Positions 1-13,329 of a DNA stretch of 64,000 bases are shown here, piece after piece. How positions within the stretch are numbered: position 1 is the stretch's first letter; each line of letters opens with the position of its first letter. The stretch is from Eukaryota sp. TZLM1-RC (Eukaryota > Protista > Metamonada: BaSk clade). A program made the translations under genes and the position numbers. The notes below the pieces were generated by a model that saw only the letters and a list, made by a program, of their open reading frames with translations, did not search any database and was not told where the DNA came from. The DNA lies in contig JAUPSS010000007.1 of assembly GCA_040285825.1 (NCBI GenBank), forward strand, positions 2,392,689 through 2,456,688, given 5' to 3'.

Positions 1-900
1 CCAAACCTGTAGAAAGTTTACAGAAAAGAATTACTGATATCGAAGAAGAAGTACCTCTGATTGGTTTACTTTTTCAACATTCAGCAAATAAAGAGCTAAA
101 AAGTTTTTTAATAGAAGTTTTCAGTCATTGTGGTTTTGGTGCTGTTGTTCTGCTATTATTCAACCTCCACGAAAATTTGGGTTTTGGTTAGAAAATAATG
201 TTTGGAGACTTATTATGAAAATGCATTTAAATGTCCCTGTCAATATTGGTTATAAAAGTTTGAAGTGTGTGAACAGTTTGATACTTTGTACTTTGAATTG
301 TAACAAACTAGGAAGATTTCGTGATTTCCCCCACAATCTAATGAGAAACAATTTGTGGTCGATGTGCAATTATTCAGGTTTAAGTTCAGAAATTGAAGTA
401 ATGTTGAAATCATCATGCCAATTTGTTGCCACAAATGACCTTGGATGTAGTTTCTTCGTTTAATAATAATATTGATCTATTCAGTGATGTTAAAAGAGTT
501 GACCTAACAGATAATACAAATTTTGGCCGTCAAGATGTGATGAAATTATTTAGTCGTAACGAAATAATCAAGCACAATCATTATGATCCTTTGGTACTAA
601 AACAATCAATAAGTTTCTAAAATCTAAAGGAAAACAAAACTGTGTTATTTTATATTTTCGCAATTTCTTTGAATGGATGATCAGGACCTGAGGCAACCTT
701 GTTGTTGGATGAATTTAATGATTTCATCATCATTAAAAAACGTCTTTATTTAGGTTGAATTTCAGGATTAATCAAGTTGTCTTCAGTTTGTACAAAGGTC
801 TTGGTAAAATGGTTGAGGCTGTGGAACTTGCTCTTGCTGAACAAGTGTTCCACAATGTAGGTGGAGATTCCTCTCTTTTTTTAACTGAAATATTAATTGA
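1..900 (+). mobile_element. Degenerate 3' part (Zn-finger/RLE region) of a divergent RLE-type non-LTR retrotransposon
   Basis: Broken frames give PRKFGFWLENNVWRLIMKMHLN, HNLMRN and RINQVVFSLYK, which parallel the other RLE copies in the window (PRRFGL..KMRLYLN, HDAVRD, NRIVFS). Confidence 0.5.
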
Positions 901-3900
901 GATAAGAAAAATCTATCTAGAATTCAATATCCTCCAAACAAGCGTCACTATTACTAAACCTACTCACAGCATTACGTTCATATTCTACACCAATAGCTAA
1001 AAGTGCCTTTGAAATCATTGTTGGAATAGACTTGAAAATGCAAAAAGCAATTCTATTTAACCAGAAAGTGGAATTCATTGTTTTACCAGACCTATTCAGT
1101 AACACTTTTTTGAAATTTTCGAAAAAGTGCAACCCTGAAGGTCCAATATTGCCAGAAACAGAAATTGCAAACGGCACAAAATGATATTTCACATGTTCTA
1201 CTCTACCTAACTGTGCCAAAGGTTCTTCATATTTTTTTATCTTCTTTTTTTCGGCGTTAGATAACGGAGAATCAGCGGAATACACTAATCGAGCAGCAGA
1301 ATTTTTGCAAACATCAACCGAGACAACATCCACAACATTGAGAACACCATCGATCCCTGGAGCTACTAAATCTGCCCTTCTTTTACCAAAGGAATCATCA
1401 GTTTGATCTGAAGACAGCTTACGTACTAATGGCTCAATAAATGCCTCTATATTGAAACTTTTGCACATGGCATATAATTGATCACGAACTGAGTCATGAA
1501 CAATTGAGCGATAAGTTATGAAATACTTACAGTTTAAAATATGGGAAAGCGTAACAACACTCTTGCAGCGACAAATTAAATCATTTGGTAAAGAACAAGG
1601 CCATAGAAAACATCTCATTCTCATTGCAGTGGTTCATTGGTGATCATTAAGTAGAAGGCCATAAATGTTGGGAATTTGGGAGATTAGGCAATTTGAGCAA
1701 CTGTATTCAAGATCAACCAAAAAGTATGAAAAAACGGGATTTTTTTCTTTAACCATGCTAAGACGTACAATATAATCCAAGTTTTCTAAAACTTTCAAGA
1801 TTTTTTTCTGCAATTTTGCAAAAGTCAGTGGTAAGGAGAGCAAGCTTCTTGGAGGAAGTTCCACAATATCAGAGGGGAAACATTTAGACCAAATATTGGG
1901 TGAAAGAGTTTCAATTTTCTGTTGCAAAGAAATAAGATAAGAGCTGCCACAATTTTCAATGAGATCAATTTTTTCAGGAAAACGATTCACAAATTCATAA
2001 ATAAAATTTTTACCACCTCCAATATAGACAGCTTTACAAAGGTAGCTTGATTTATGAAAATCAACACCTCCAAAATTTGTACCACAAAAAATGTGACTTC
2101 GTAACTGAGATGCATCAAATTCCAATAATTTTGGTAAAGAATTGGTTCTTTGTTCATTAAAAATTCGACAAAACTCCAAAGAAATTGATGGTGATGTTGA
2201 TCTCAAAATATGAGTAAATTTTCCAGAATAACAAATTTTTAGGAAAAAGAATTTCAAATGTTTCTCAATATTTAAATTTTCTATTGATTCTAATTCATTT
2301 CCAAATTGAGTCAACAGAGTCGAAAGTTGGCCTTTGACTTCATCAATATTTCCGAGATAACAACCCAAAAAACGAAAACCAGACTGATCATAATTGATAA
2401 AGGGGACATTGACATCATTAATGAAAAAATCAATTGGTTCATGGCCAATAATCAAACATTTGGAGATATTCAATGAGAGACCAATATCTTCATAACGCTG
2501 TTGAATAAAAGTTGCTATTTGTTTGAGAATTGTAATAGGAGCAATTACAGAAATGTCATCCATATATGCTACAATATCTATTTCTGGGAATTTTTCTTTT
2601 AATTTGCACATTAATGGATGAATTGCCAGACAAAAGAAAAAAGGACCAAGTGGATCACCTTGTTTAACGCCTGAAGACGAAAACAGGTCAAAGTTTTCAT
2701 AGACCAATGTGGATGACTTTCCATAAAATGAATAGAAAAAAGGCTCAACTTCAGGAAAATGCTTTCGCAGCAAAGGTAAAATGGAAGAACGAGAAACAGA
2801 ATTGAAAGCACTCTTAAAATGTAAATTGAAGATGTAATTAGAATCACTAGAATTAAAAAACACATCCGACGAAAGAGCAGCAGAAGAAACACCATCAATT
2901 GTCTTGATTCCAAATTGAAATGGACTGAAAAATTCTTTGGCTTTTTTCCCAATTCTATTGAAAACAAGAGACGCAAGAATTCTTGAAAACGATTCTATGT
3001 GTTGTTGTTACTGATTAACTAACTTGGTAGACAGATGAGGAATTTACATGATGACGTGGCACTTGTTCAAGAGCAAGTATTTCTATTAATAAACCTCTTT
3101 TTCTTCTTTTCATTTTTGGTATTTCTGCCTAACGGCATCAATTGCAATTGGACGGATTTTGGATTGACTTTTTTTGAGGGCAATTAAGCGAGCACTGGTC
3201 ATCTCAAAAGGGACTTTAATTTTTAACGTAAGAAGATTGTTAAAAAAAAGAACAAGATCATCAACAATTTCAGAACACTGTCCAACAGCTGATTTGATCA
3301 TGTCAAAATTTAACAAAGACGGCCCAGGAGCTTTTCCAGTAGGCATTTGCTGAATCAGTTTCAACACCCCTGAAGCATTGACAGTATTTTGCAGCCAATA
3401 ATCAACTGAATCTGGTTTAGTACAATGAAAATTTTCTTCTGGATGAAGATGATTCAATTGGAACAATGTGCTTTCATTACATTCAGCTAAATCAGAAGAG
3501 AATAGACATTGCTTTGCAGATCCAAAACGTCCTTTTAAAGCTAATTATCTTACTAATTTTCTTTCGAACAAACATTTATTTTAAAATTTGATTTTTTTTC
3601 GATAAAAGTGTTTTATCTTTTTTCAGAAAAAATTTCCAAATCGGTGTGACATTCCATAATCCTTTACGGAGATTTTCAGTAAAAGCCCGAAGAACAACAG
3701 CAAAAGGTATCGAAGCCAACGGACTAAGCTGAGCAGGAACACGAATGGGACAACGTAGCTGATCAGCAGCAACACAAGAATCACAAAAAAGTAAAGGTCG
3801 AACAGAATCATTGACAGCAACAAGCTTTTGACAAAAAACACATTTTTTGTCATTTTTTTGATCTTCTTTGTCAGAAATGTTATCAGCAATCTCAATTAAA

Positions 3901-4290
3901 AATTCATTTTCAGGATTGTGTGATAATGAAAAACTTAAATCAGCAGTAGCAGCACGAGCATTAAGTTTTTCCTTTGGAATAAGCGGACAAGTTGAAATGT
4001 TATGTCCAGATTTTCGACATTTGCTACATTTGCGGCGTGGTTTAGAAAAATTTTCATTTAAATTTTTTTTCCAATAATTTTCCAGCATGGAGTGACAGGT
4101 GGGGAGAATGAGAACGATTGGTGGTTGAGGAGGTTGATTTGTCAACATCACGTTCGGTATTTTTTGCAGTCCAGTGAGTATCATTGAGAGTGTCTGACAT
4201 GGAAAATGGAGGAATTCAATCGAACCGACAATGGGACGTCAAGTTGAGAAAAATGAGGACGTTGAAAAGTGAGTGAGAAAAAAAAACTAC
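900..4290 (-). mobile_element. Near full-length, disrupted non-LTR retrotransposon of the RLE (CRE/R2-group) type: CCHC knuckle, RT, Zn finger, restriction-like endonuclease
   Basis: CSKCRKSGHNISTC knuckle (~3990-4030). RT motifs GKAPGPS, IRPIAI, GVKQGDPLGP, YMDD, FRFLG. CxC..HILNCK..HDSVRD and RRADLV..VVDV endonuclease motifs. Split by frameshifts, an ~140-bp insertion (~2998-3138) and an in-frame TGA at 1634. Confidence 0.9.
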
Positions 4291-5197
4291 CTCACTTTTG
4301 AGGAAGTAATTAGTTGTTGTTGAAAGTGTCTAATTTCCCTCCCTAATGAATCATTTAAAAAGGAAATGTCAATAAGATACACTCTATTATCAACAATGCA
4401 ACTGTTTTACGAACCATCACTCAACATGAAAGGTTGATCTTACAACAATTATGAGTTATACTTTAATTTGTAGAATATTTTCAGCATGCCGTCAAAATGT
4501 AAAATCGTGGGTTTTTCTTCATATCAATTACAGCAGTTTCAATTGGATCGATAAACGATATGATAGATTTTACAATTGTGTTTTGTAATTATTATTTAAA
4601 CATTATCCCATGATGGAACTAGATTATTTCAAAGGCACCTTGATGTCTTTGCTAAGTTCGATCAAATGGCTGCATGTACTTTAAATCTGTAACACATCCA
4701 TTTGCAAAAATACAAAAATCCAGATATCATTCATGGTCATTTTTTGTCAACTAAGTGAGATGTTACTGATGTCAACTCAGGAACTAGGATTCAAAGAAAT
4801 TACTGATGAATAGACTCAGAAAAGTTACACTTGAATTTAATGATCTTGCTTCTATAGTTTTGCAACTTCAGGTAAATGTCATCAAAGGGGGAGGCAAACA
4901 ATGATAGAATTCACTATATTTTAGGCAAAATTTATCAAATTTGAAACAATTTTCTTGAAACTGCTGATTTGATGTTATTCAATTGTTGTTAGCACTAAAA
5001 ATATGTTGATATCAAACTAATGCGATTCAATAAATTGCAGATAAATAATTCATACAAACTGTTTGATCAAATGCTTGGCAATTCACCTTGACTTAGTAAT
5101 CATGATCTATATAGATCAGGAGCTGAACTGGTTTGAACAATTCGTAGAAATTTGAAATTAATTGACCTGCATCACGTAATCATACTCCTCTACTTCT

Positions 5198-8100
5198 ATG
5201 AGTGAGGTCATTGGGGGTTCTGTCGCGTCCTCCAGTGTTAGACGGTTTTGTTATACTACTAAATTCTTACTTCAGCACACATGGCGGGTTATCGAATACA
5301 CTCTCCTCTCGACTTTTTTCTCTAGTTTTCAGAACTTATTCTAAGTCCAGCAGAAATGACTTTCTGAGTCTGATTTTGGTCATCATTCAGGTTTTACAAC
5401 TCGGAGCTCTCGTCATCAATTCCTCAATTCCCCATTGGCACCCGGTCTTTGACCCTCGTCCTCTTCTGAGTTGGATCAATTTACCACTTGGAAGCACTAT
5501 AGTCACGAACACCATTTTCACCCCCCTTACCTTAGCTTATATGTCAGTAATTATCACTTCCATACTCCTCCTAACCATGGCGATCTCTGCTCTCTCAACC
5601 TCAACGCCACGGTTTTTCTTAGCTCTCATCCGTGGTGCTTTCGATCTGGTGCACTCTACACTGTTCATTCCTCTATCTCTGCCTCTACTCACTGCTCTCA
5701 CCTGTTTCAACGATCCTTCCCTTTCTCCTTTCATGTCTCCCTTCTCCCCAAGCAATTGTTGGACAGTCAGCAGTTGGGTTCATAAGCTAGTTTTTTTCAC
5801 CTTTTTAATTATTTTGTTTTGTTTGTGCTATCTTTTAACTATCGCTACTTTTGATTCGTTTCCTACTTCAAAAAAAATTTGGGCTAGAAGTAACAATAGA
5901 TTCCATAGATATCTATTTTTATCAAAAGCTGTTCTATTAATTGTTTTGGTAATTGTTCCACATCGAATCTTATTATTTAATCTTTTGTACACAATTTCTA
6001 CATTTGCTATTCCCTTTTGTTTTTCCTGGTATCTTCCTTTTTACAAGAGAATGTCTAATATTAAATTTAGTCTAATTTCTGGTATTTTACCTGCTTTTTC
6101 TCTAACGCATTTAATTATTGAGTTTGTTTTAGATTTAGATTCAACTAAGAGTGAGATTTACAACACTGCTATTTTTATTTCAATTGCTTTAATTTTTTCA
6201 TTTATTTTTGGGTTTATTTGTTCAAGACGCTGTCGATCCATTTACGATCGTTTTCTTCTCTCCCAAACTAAGCAATCAAATCATCAATCAAAACCTCAAT
6301 CATTTGGCATTGTTGACGTTTCCCTCGAAGAATCCGATTCTTCTGCACAACAACCGTTAGACCAACAACCTTTGGATGACGAAGATGTTACCTCTGCTTT
6401 ACTTCAAACCCTACCCAAGGCCAAGTACCCTTTTGAAGTGGAATTATTTACTCGTTTTCTCTTTCCAAAACCTCATTCATCTGAGTACAAGGATGTGGCT
6501 GCTGAGTATTACTCACTTAATCTCAGTAAGTTTCATTCTAATGTGGAAATGTTGCTTTTAAATTCTATGTTTGAACTCCATGTTACTGGAAATCTGCTCT
6601 CTGGGGCTGTTATTTGGTCCAAGATAAGTGATCTTGATTTAGAACCTTCCATTTCTGAACGAATTTTGATCTTCAATATTGAGCGTCAGTCAGAAGACGT
6701 CAGAAGAAACAGAAATTTTGGTGACGCGACAATCGACTCAAACTCCCTTCTCAACTTGCAATCTTCCCTCAACGAATTAAATGACCTTCAAGATCAATGT
6801 TTGGAAAGTTTATACATGTTTTGGTCTATTCTCTCTGATGAAAACCCTAGCTTAAAGGTTCTTCCCCATATAACTGAAGCTTTTAGGCAGGCTAAATCAA
6901 AAGCGGAGGGATTATTTACAAAGTTATCCACTGCTTTTCCTGATAATAAAGAAGTCATTAGGAGTTATTCTTGCTTTGTTAGAGATGTTTTGAGGGATGA
7001 TGAAGGTGCTAATCTTTTAAATGAGCAATTAGAAAGTTTGAGTAATGCTTCATCAGATCATAATTCATCACGTGGGTCTTCAGGAATCATGTCTACGCGC
7101 TCTCTACGCAAACGTAAAAGAAAACGAAGTAGTGTTAGAGCCAAAATTTCAAGTTTAGCTAGTCATTCTGAAACTGACGAGAAGAGCTCAATTGAACTTT
7201 TATCCAAAGCTATTTATATTGCTTTGGTAATGTTGCTCGGTATTTCAATTTTTGCTTGGATTAATTTAGAGGTTACTTTTAATTCCTTTCAAAATGACAT
7301 CAATGTTTTTTTGGAATCAAGTAATATCGCAGTAATTGGTAACAAACTTTCTGTCCTTATGCGTGAGTTTCATGATAAGCTTAGTTATTCGATTGATTCG
7401 GTGTTAAATCAGCAAAAAGTTCTTCTAGAATCAGCTGAATTATTGAGTTATTATTCCCGGAATACTTTCATTGGAACTTCTGGTTTTTCGGATGATTATC
7501 AATCAACTGCAGTTCAGCGACCATCAAATTCTGACCTAGTTTCCTCTTTTAGAACCCCTTCTTTCCTTGTTTCGTTCCGAAGAAACACCGTACCTCCAAC
7601 AACTAATGGAATTGTCTATTCGTTTTGGGAGCTGATTCTTCATTTATCATCCTCTGCTGCTAGATTTGGTAATAACCTATTTAATTTAGATCCAATTGAG
7701 AATAATGCTTATTTTAGAGACGTTACTGATAATAGAAATGCATTCAATCAGGGGAATACTCAGTTCAAGGCAGCCTTAGTTGACTCTTCCTTTGAAACTC
7801 TTTATGCCTCTGGTGCTGTTTTTAGAGTGGCTTTAATTGTAACTGTGACCGGGGTCATTGTAGTGGCAGTTTTCTTATTCGCCAGGGCATTGGAGAGTAT
7901 GAAGAGAGAACGTGTTGAGGTATTGAATCTTTTTCTTTGGTTGCCCAAGAGTTCCATCAGCAATATTTTGAATGAACCCAAATTTTCAAAATTTAACAAG
8001 AAAAAACGAGATGATCTTGTGGATGAGGTTATTGATGAAGAGATTTTCCAAGAACTCGAGTCTGTTTCACATTCTCCCAATACTGATTATGACATTCATT

Positions 8101-10541
8101 CCATCTCAATTCCAGTAGCTGAAGAGTCTGCAAAACCAGAAAACCCTTCTAAATATAATTCTAATTGTATTTGGGTTTTGTGGCTAATTTTTACCGTTTC
8201 AGTTTTTATTATCCTTTTAAGTGGTAGTTTGGTTTTAAATAGTCTAACTAATGAAAATGTTACAAATTTTCGTTTTGTAAGTAGTAATATTTTGAATTTA
8301 CAAACCCTAACTATTCAAATCACTACCCTTGATTACATTGGTGTTTCTAGGGCTGCTGGGTTTGTTGCTACTGGAGATTTGACTTTCTATTCTGATTATT
8401 GGAGTTTTTTGAACTCTGGGGAACGGGAATATCATTTAATGAATCTTTTGAATTACGGTCTCTCTGTTGACCAAATGGAAAGAGTTTCTGAAACGGATAA
8501 CATTAAAGCAAAGTTGTCTTATTTAGAAGCCATAGCTCAATACTTGGCAGCATCAGCTTATAATGTTGATTGGTCTTTTGTTTTCCACATTTCTGACTTT
8601 AATTATGACCTTTTATCTGAAACTGATGGACCTACTGATCTCGTGCGTTATAGTGATATTTTCAATTGGTACACAAACAATACCTTTGATTCTACTCTAT
8701 CTCAACAAGACCAACTAGAACTTGCTCGAGAAGTTTTAACAAACAATAGATACGGTGATTTGATTGAACAAAACAACCAAATAATTCGATCTACTATTTC
8801 TGAGGTGGAATCTAGCCAAATGGATTTACTAAATAGCCACAGAAGCTCTATCTTAAACTTAATCATTCTTGAAGGTATTGTCTTATTAGTTACTATTTCA
8901 ATAATTGTGGGTTTAATATATACTAAGAAGTTTATTCCGCAGTTTAGGCATTCAAACATGCTTGTTATTATTGCCTTGGTTTCAAGTGCTTCTATTTTAG
9001 CCATAACCTTTGTCTATTTGATTTTTTCATTCTTTACCCTAAATAATGTTCATGAAACCAGTCAGGAAGGGGTTGATTATCTCCATCATTTGATTGATTT
9101 GGAATTTGCCTTTTTGACCACTAGATATCAAGCTGATGAATTTGTTTTTTCAAGATCAATTTCTGATTACCTTGTTTATTGGGAAAGAAGAAATGATTTG
9201 GAAAATGTTATTGAAGCAATTCAAGAGTCGGAGTGTAATTTATCGAATGACATATGTAACAGAAGAGCACTCTTTGTTGAAGAACTCAACAATCGTCTAG
9301 CGCCTTTTCTTCGTCAACATTTAATCAGTTTTAGCCTGGTTTCCAATGTTTTTGACTATGATCACGTCACCAATCAACTTGATGGATTTGATTGGGATAT
9401 TCAAGAAGAAGAAGATTTTGAGTTAATCATGATTCAAAATAGAAACGTTCCCATCACACATAGATACACTAATTCTAGTTTTGATTTGAGTAGAGATCCA
9501 GAAGAACAATTAGAATTGGCCATTAATTTACAGTTTGGCAATCAAATGCTCGAAATGATTGTTGACGCTTACAGAAACGTGATTGAAGCTAACAGGCAGA
9601 GATTTACTGAATCTATTTTAAGTTTAACATCTGAGCAATTGGACAACTTTTTGAATCAATTTAATTTAAGATCATTTTCATTCATGTTTGTTGCTTTTAA
9701 TTCATTTGTTGGCTTTTTTGTAACCTATTTAGCCACTCGAACTTTGAAAAAGAACAAGGCTCACGTTAAACAAGCCGTTGACGTTCCTTTGATTAACCAA
9801 TTCGTCAAGCAATATCAAATAGCTTTGGGTGTTCTGCTACTATTTATCTCTCTTTTTTTTGGAGTTTCTCTCCTCACTCTTAACGCCCTTCAGTATTACC
9901 CAGAAGAACTGTCAAAGGTTTCGACCAGGGCATCTCAAACTTGGGAAGTTAAAGCTCTTTTGCTTGATTATTTAAATGTTCCTGAACAAAGGTCCGGTTT
10001 AAAGGTAGAGTTGACTAATTCTTTATACAATTTAAGATCCCTACATGCTGATATCTTGTTCAAAGGCGAAGGTAATTTAAATCCTTCAGCTGGAAGGGAT
10101 TACGATCAAAACAACTTGCTGTTTAATACAAAGTTCTCTATTACTAACAGTACTGATTATGGTCTTCATGTGGTTTTGACGGAGTATGTTTCTCTTTTAG
10201 AAAATTTGCTTAATGAGAATGATTTTGATTTTGCTATGGAATCAAATAGAGACCGAATTGAAGCATTAACCATGCAGCTAGAAGAATATAATGCTGATTC
10301 TTTAAATCTTTATAGAGATGAAGCGTTTTCTGCTCTCAGAGCTCGTGCTATTCTTTCGCGAATTTTCTTGGTGTTGTTTTTGGTTGTAATTGTATCAGAA
10401 TTGGCGTTTGTGTTTAGAACCATGCTTCAACGGTTACGTCAGGAGGAAGTTGTTGACAATGATTTAATTTCGATGATTCCCAATGATGTAATTGACAAAA
10501 TTCCCTTAGTAAAGTCTTATGTGGACAATAAGCTTCGTTAA
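5198..10541 (+). CDS. TmcB/TmcC-like large multipass membrane protein with one 31-nt intron at 5245-5275
   Basis: Long ORF with an N-terminal multi-TM block, TmcB-type helical/TPR segment (FPDNKEVIRSYSCFVRDVLRDD), repeated TM-loop-TM units and C-terminal LISMIP motif. The ORF-track start is GTG. ATG 5198 plus removal of GT..AG 5245-5275 gives MSEVIGGSVASSSVRRTHGG in frame. Confidence 0.8.
5245..5275 (+). other. Spliceosomal intron, 31 nt
   Basis: GTTTTG...ACTAAATTCTTACTTCAG. Its removal joins ATG 5198 to the long ORF. Confidence 0.75.
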
Positions 10542-10849
10542 TTATGTTTTCTTTCATTGTATTTTAGATAATTTTAGATTATAGTTTTTGTTTTTATAGT
10601 TTTTGTATAGACTCTAAAATTACCTATCTCTTGTTCAACATCAAAAGAAACCAACGATTTACTAACAAGATGCAGAAATGATGCCAAGTATAAATTAAAT
10701 TATAACATGCCATAACCCCTCATTCACTTTTCCGACAAGTTCTCCAACATAAATAGATCGAGGTTTCATCAATTCATAGAATTTATCATTTGTTTTTTTC
10801 TTGTATATTGTATTCTCATATATTTTATCTCAGTTGAAATAACTTTCTA

Positions 10850-11317
10850 CAAATTACCAAATAGATATAACAAACTGACAACTCGTTCTGATAACTGCAC
10901 AATTTTGAATTAAGACTGCTGAGACCATTGAATGATGGACCATTCAAAAACAGTGTTAATGGATACATGAACAATACTAAACAAAAGTAGAATGTAGTTG
11001 GTACTCCACGTAAGGCGTTTCTCAAGTTGTTACAATGTTCATTTGCTAATGTGAAGATCGGAGATGAATATATGACATCTGCAAAGGTGAACTGCTGCAA
11101 GATGCTACACCAAAAGATCTATCGAGAAGTTGATCGTGAAGTTAAAGTTCACAACGCCTATTTCAGTTGTCCGGAATGTAATCAAGTTTGGTCTAGAGAC
11201 ACTTCTACATCACTAAATCAGCTAGAAATTGCAACTAGTGAGCAATACTATGAAACAGGACCAGAAGCGTTCCAGAGACCACAAAGAAACCAGCTTCAAA
11301 GCTACGTATTGTTCTAG
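10850..11317 (+). pseudogene. Fanzor (TnpB-like) C-terminal remnant
   Basis: IGDEYMTSAKVNCC ... FSCPECNQVWSRDTSTSLN: RuvC-II Glu, Zn finger and RuvC-III RD..S.N, followed by a PEAFQR tail. Confidence 0.75.
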
Positions 11318-11503
11318 AGGAGAAATGGGCTCACTGAGATTGGTGGCCAATTATTCGAGGATTCTAGAACGTCTGTAAACGATCTCACCAAGGATGAAAG
11401 TTCTTGGAATAAGTTGGAATGATGCTTGAAAAAATATAACCTCATCTGTTTATAGTGTTTAGCTACTGAGTGTTTATAGTGTTTCCAGCTTTTAGCAGAT
11501 GTC

Positions 11504-13171
11504 ATGAACCAAGATGTCAAGCGACTTATACACTTATCCTCTGTCCGTGTGCGACAAGTGTCTTCACGTAATACCCTCACGTCTGTTGTCAACTCACAGA
11601 TCAACGAAGTGTCCCAAATCAAACGCAGCATCTCAGCTACACTAGCTCGTCGTGGTAGTACTCCTGACCCTCCACGATCTATGACTGCCACACCACAACG
11701 TTCACTACTCCACACAGCTCAAGACATGCTCTACTCTCCTTCTCCACGTGTGTACACACCCAATCTATCTAGGAACCCTCGCAGCAAGTCCTCCAAACAT
11801 TCCTCTACACCCATGCACACTACTCATCCTTCCTCGTCAACAGTCACACAGATTCTCTCCACAGTTGATCGTCTGCAAGGAAGGAAGCTGTCCAAACAAC
11901 GCAAGCTTGCTCAGCGCCATTTGAAAAACAGACGACACTCTTGTGTGTCTTCCTCTCCGATTCACTCTGTTTCCTCACCTCCTGCCACCCCTTCCTCCAT
12001 GCACAACGCATCTACCCCAATATCCACGGGTTCTCTGCACCGTCTCACAAAACGTTCTCGTCTTCCCGTCTATGTTGGTTCGGTTCTTCGCAAGGCTGGT
12101 GTCCTCCCTGAATTAGCTACTTCTGCAGGTCTCTCTTCTGCCGCACTTACGCTAGGGGCATCTGCAATTCATGTGGATAATACCAAAGATTTTGTTGAGC
12201 GTCATAGAAGAAGAAACAAAAGCCAAGACGTTTGTTGTGAGATTGTGTTGGATAATAATTTACCTTTTCTAGAAGTTTTATTTGGCAGGTTTAAAAATGA
12301 TAATTTTTTTAAGGATAAAACTCTAGCCTTGTCTGATATAGACCATAATTCATTGACTTATCAGGAAGCAGTTACTTTGGCCAGGTTTAGGACTGCCATT
12401 CTTGAAGAACAACGTCATTTGGCTGATGTTCGGTCAGTGGCAAGTAATCAATTATCTCGATTGATGGGTCACGTCAGTAGACGATTTGATGGGAGTCTTG
12501 CGTTTTCTGAGCATTTGAATAATCAATCTGATTTGATTGAAAATGATCCAATCATTTTTGATGTAGATGGTGATCTCTACTCAGATGTCACACATGCAGC
12601 ATCAAGTTCTTCTACAATAAGAAGCACTTCACCTTCCATTAAAGACAGTTGTAGTGATAAGGTTGATGGTATTGATACTAATAGTTCGGATAGCAGTCCA
12701 ATAATGGCAGGAAGTCTTTCAAAGTCAAGCCGTTTGATTGAATCTGACAGTCATAGTGATGTTTCAGAACCTCAATTTTTGACCGAAATTCCTACTGAAA
12801 CTGCTGAATCTTTTACTACTGAAAGTACTAAAGACGAGAATAAGCCAGAACCATCCTTACAAGTAAGTGGCCCTGTTTTGTCACCTCCTCCAAGGGACAT
12901 TCTTGATTGGTTGTCGACAAAATATTCTGAAAAAGAATCAAAACCTCCAGCAATTTCTTTATTGGAAAAATCCAAATATCTTAACCATGAAAATGATTTG
13001 CTAACAAGGGCAAAAGAGAGCATTTCCAGAGACATCACCAACTGGAATAGATTAGTGTTGTCTAATCAACGAAAAGGGGTACCTAAATTACCAAAGAAAT
13101 CACTCAATTCTTTAAGTTTGGAAGAGAGGAAATATGCCAAGAAAAAGGTAAAGCCTTTTAGTGTGCTGTAG
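11504..13171 (+). CDS. Hypothetical Ser/Pro-rich protein, 555 aa
   Basis: Long ATG ORF with host-gene-like composition and an AT-rich 3' region. No recognised domain. Confidence 0.65.
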   Translation: MNQDVKRLIHLSSVRVRQVSSRNTLTSVVNSQINEVSQIKRSISATLARRGSTPDPPRSMTATPQRSLLHTAQDMLYSPSPRVYTPNLSRNPRSKSSKHSSTPMHTTHPSSSTVTQILSTVDRLQGRKLSKQRKLAQRHLKNRRHSCVSSSPIHSVSSPPATPSSMHNASTPISTGSLHRLTKRSRLPVYVGSVLRKAGVLPELATSAGLSSAALTLGASAIHVDNTKDFVERHRRRNKSQDVCCEIVLDNNLPFLEVLFGRFKNDNFFKDKTLALSDIDHNSLTYQEAVTLARFRTAILEEQRHLADVRSVASNQLSRLMGHVSRRFDGSLAFSEHLNNQSDLIENDPIIFDVDGDLYSDVTHAASSSSTIRSTSPSIKDSCSDKVDGIDTNSSDSSPIMAGSLSKSSRLIESDSHSDVSEPQFLTEIPTETAESFTTESTKDENKPEPSLQVSGPVLSPPPRDILDWLSTKYSEKESKPPAISLLEKSKYLNHENDLLTRAKESISRDITNWNRLVLSNQRKGVPKLPKKSLNSLSLEERKYAKKKVKPFSVL

Positions 13172-13329
13172 GTTTAATTCTTTTAGTATTGAGTAGGTAA
13201 ATGTAGATTTTGTAAATATAATACACATTAATTCTTATCTCTTTTAATTTTCAAAGTTGGGGTTTTTTGTTAATTCATTTGCAAGGAAGTTTAATGATGT
13301 ATGTATTGGTATTAGTCTACTTGGTGTAT

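Noticed and set aside
1600-1640. In-frame TGA between the RT and RLE ORFs as stop-codon reassignment or readthrough
   Set aside because: Other copies have TGG here (for example DDVWTTTMR), and host genes end in TAA, TAG and TGA. It is a nonsense mutation in a dead copy.
4320-5100. Possible decayed DNA-transposase (hAT-like) sequence
   Set aside because: Only vague motif traces, with no ORF, TIR or TSD that can be supported.
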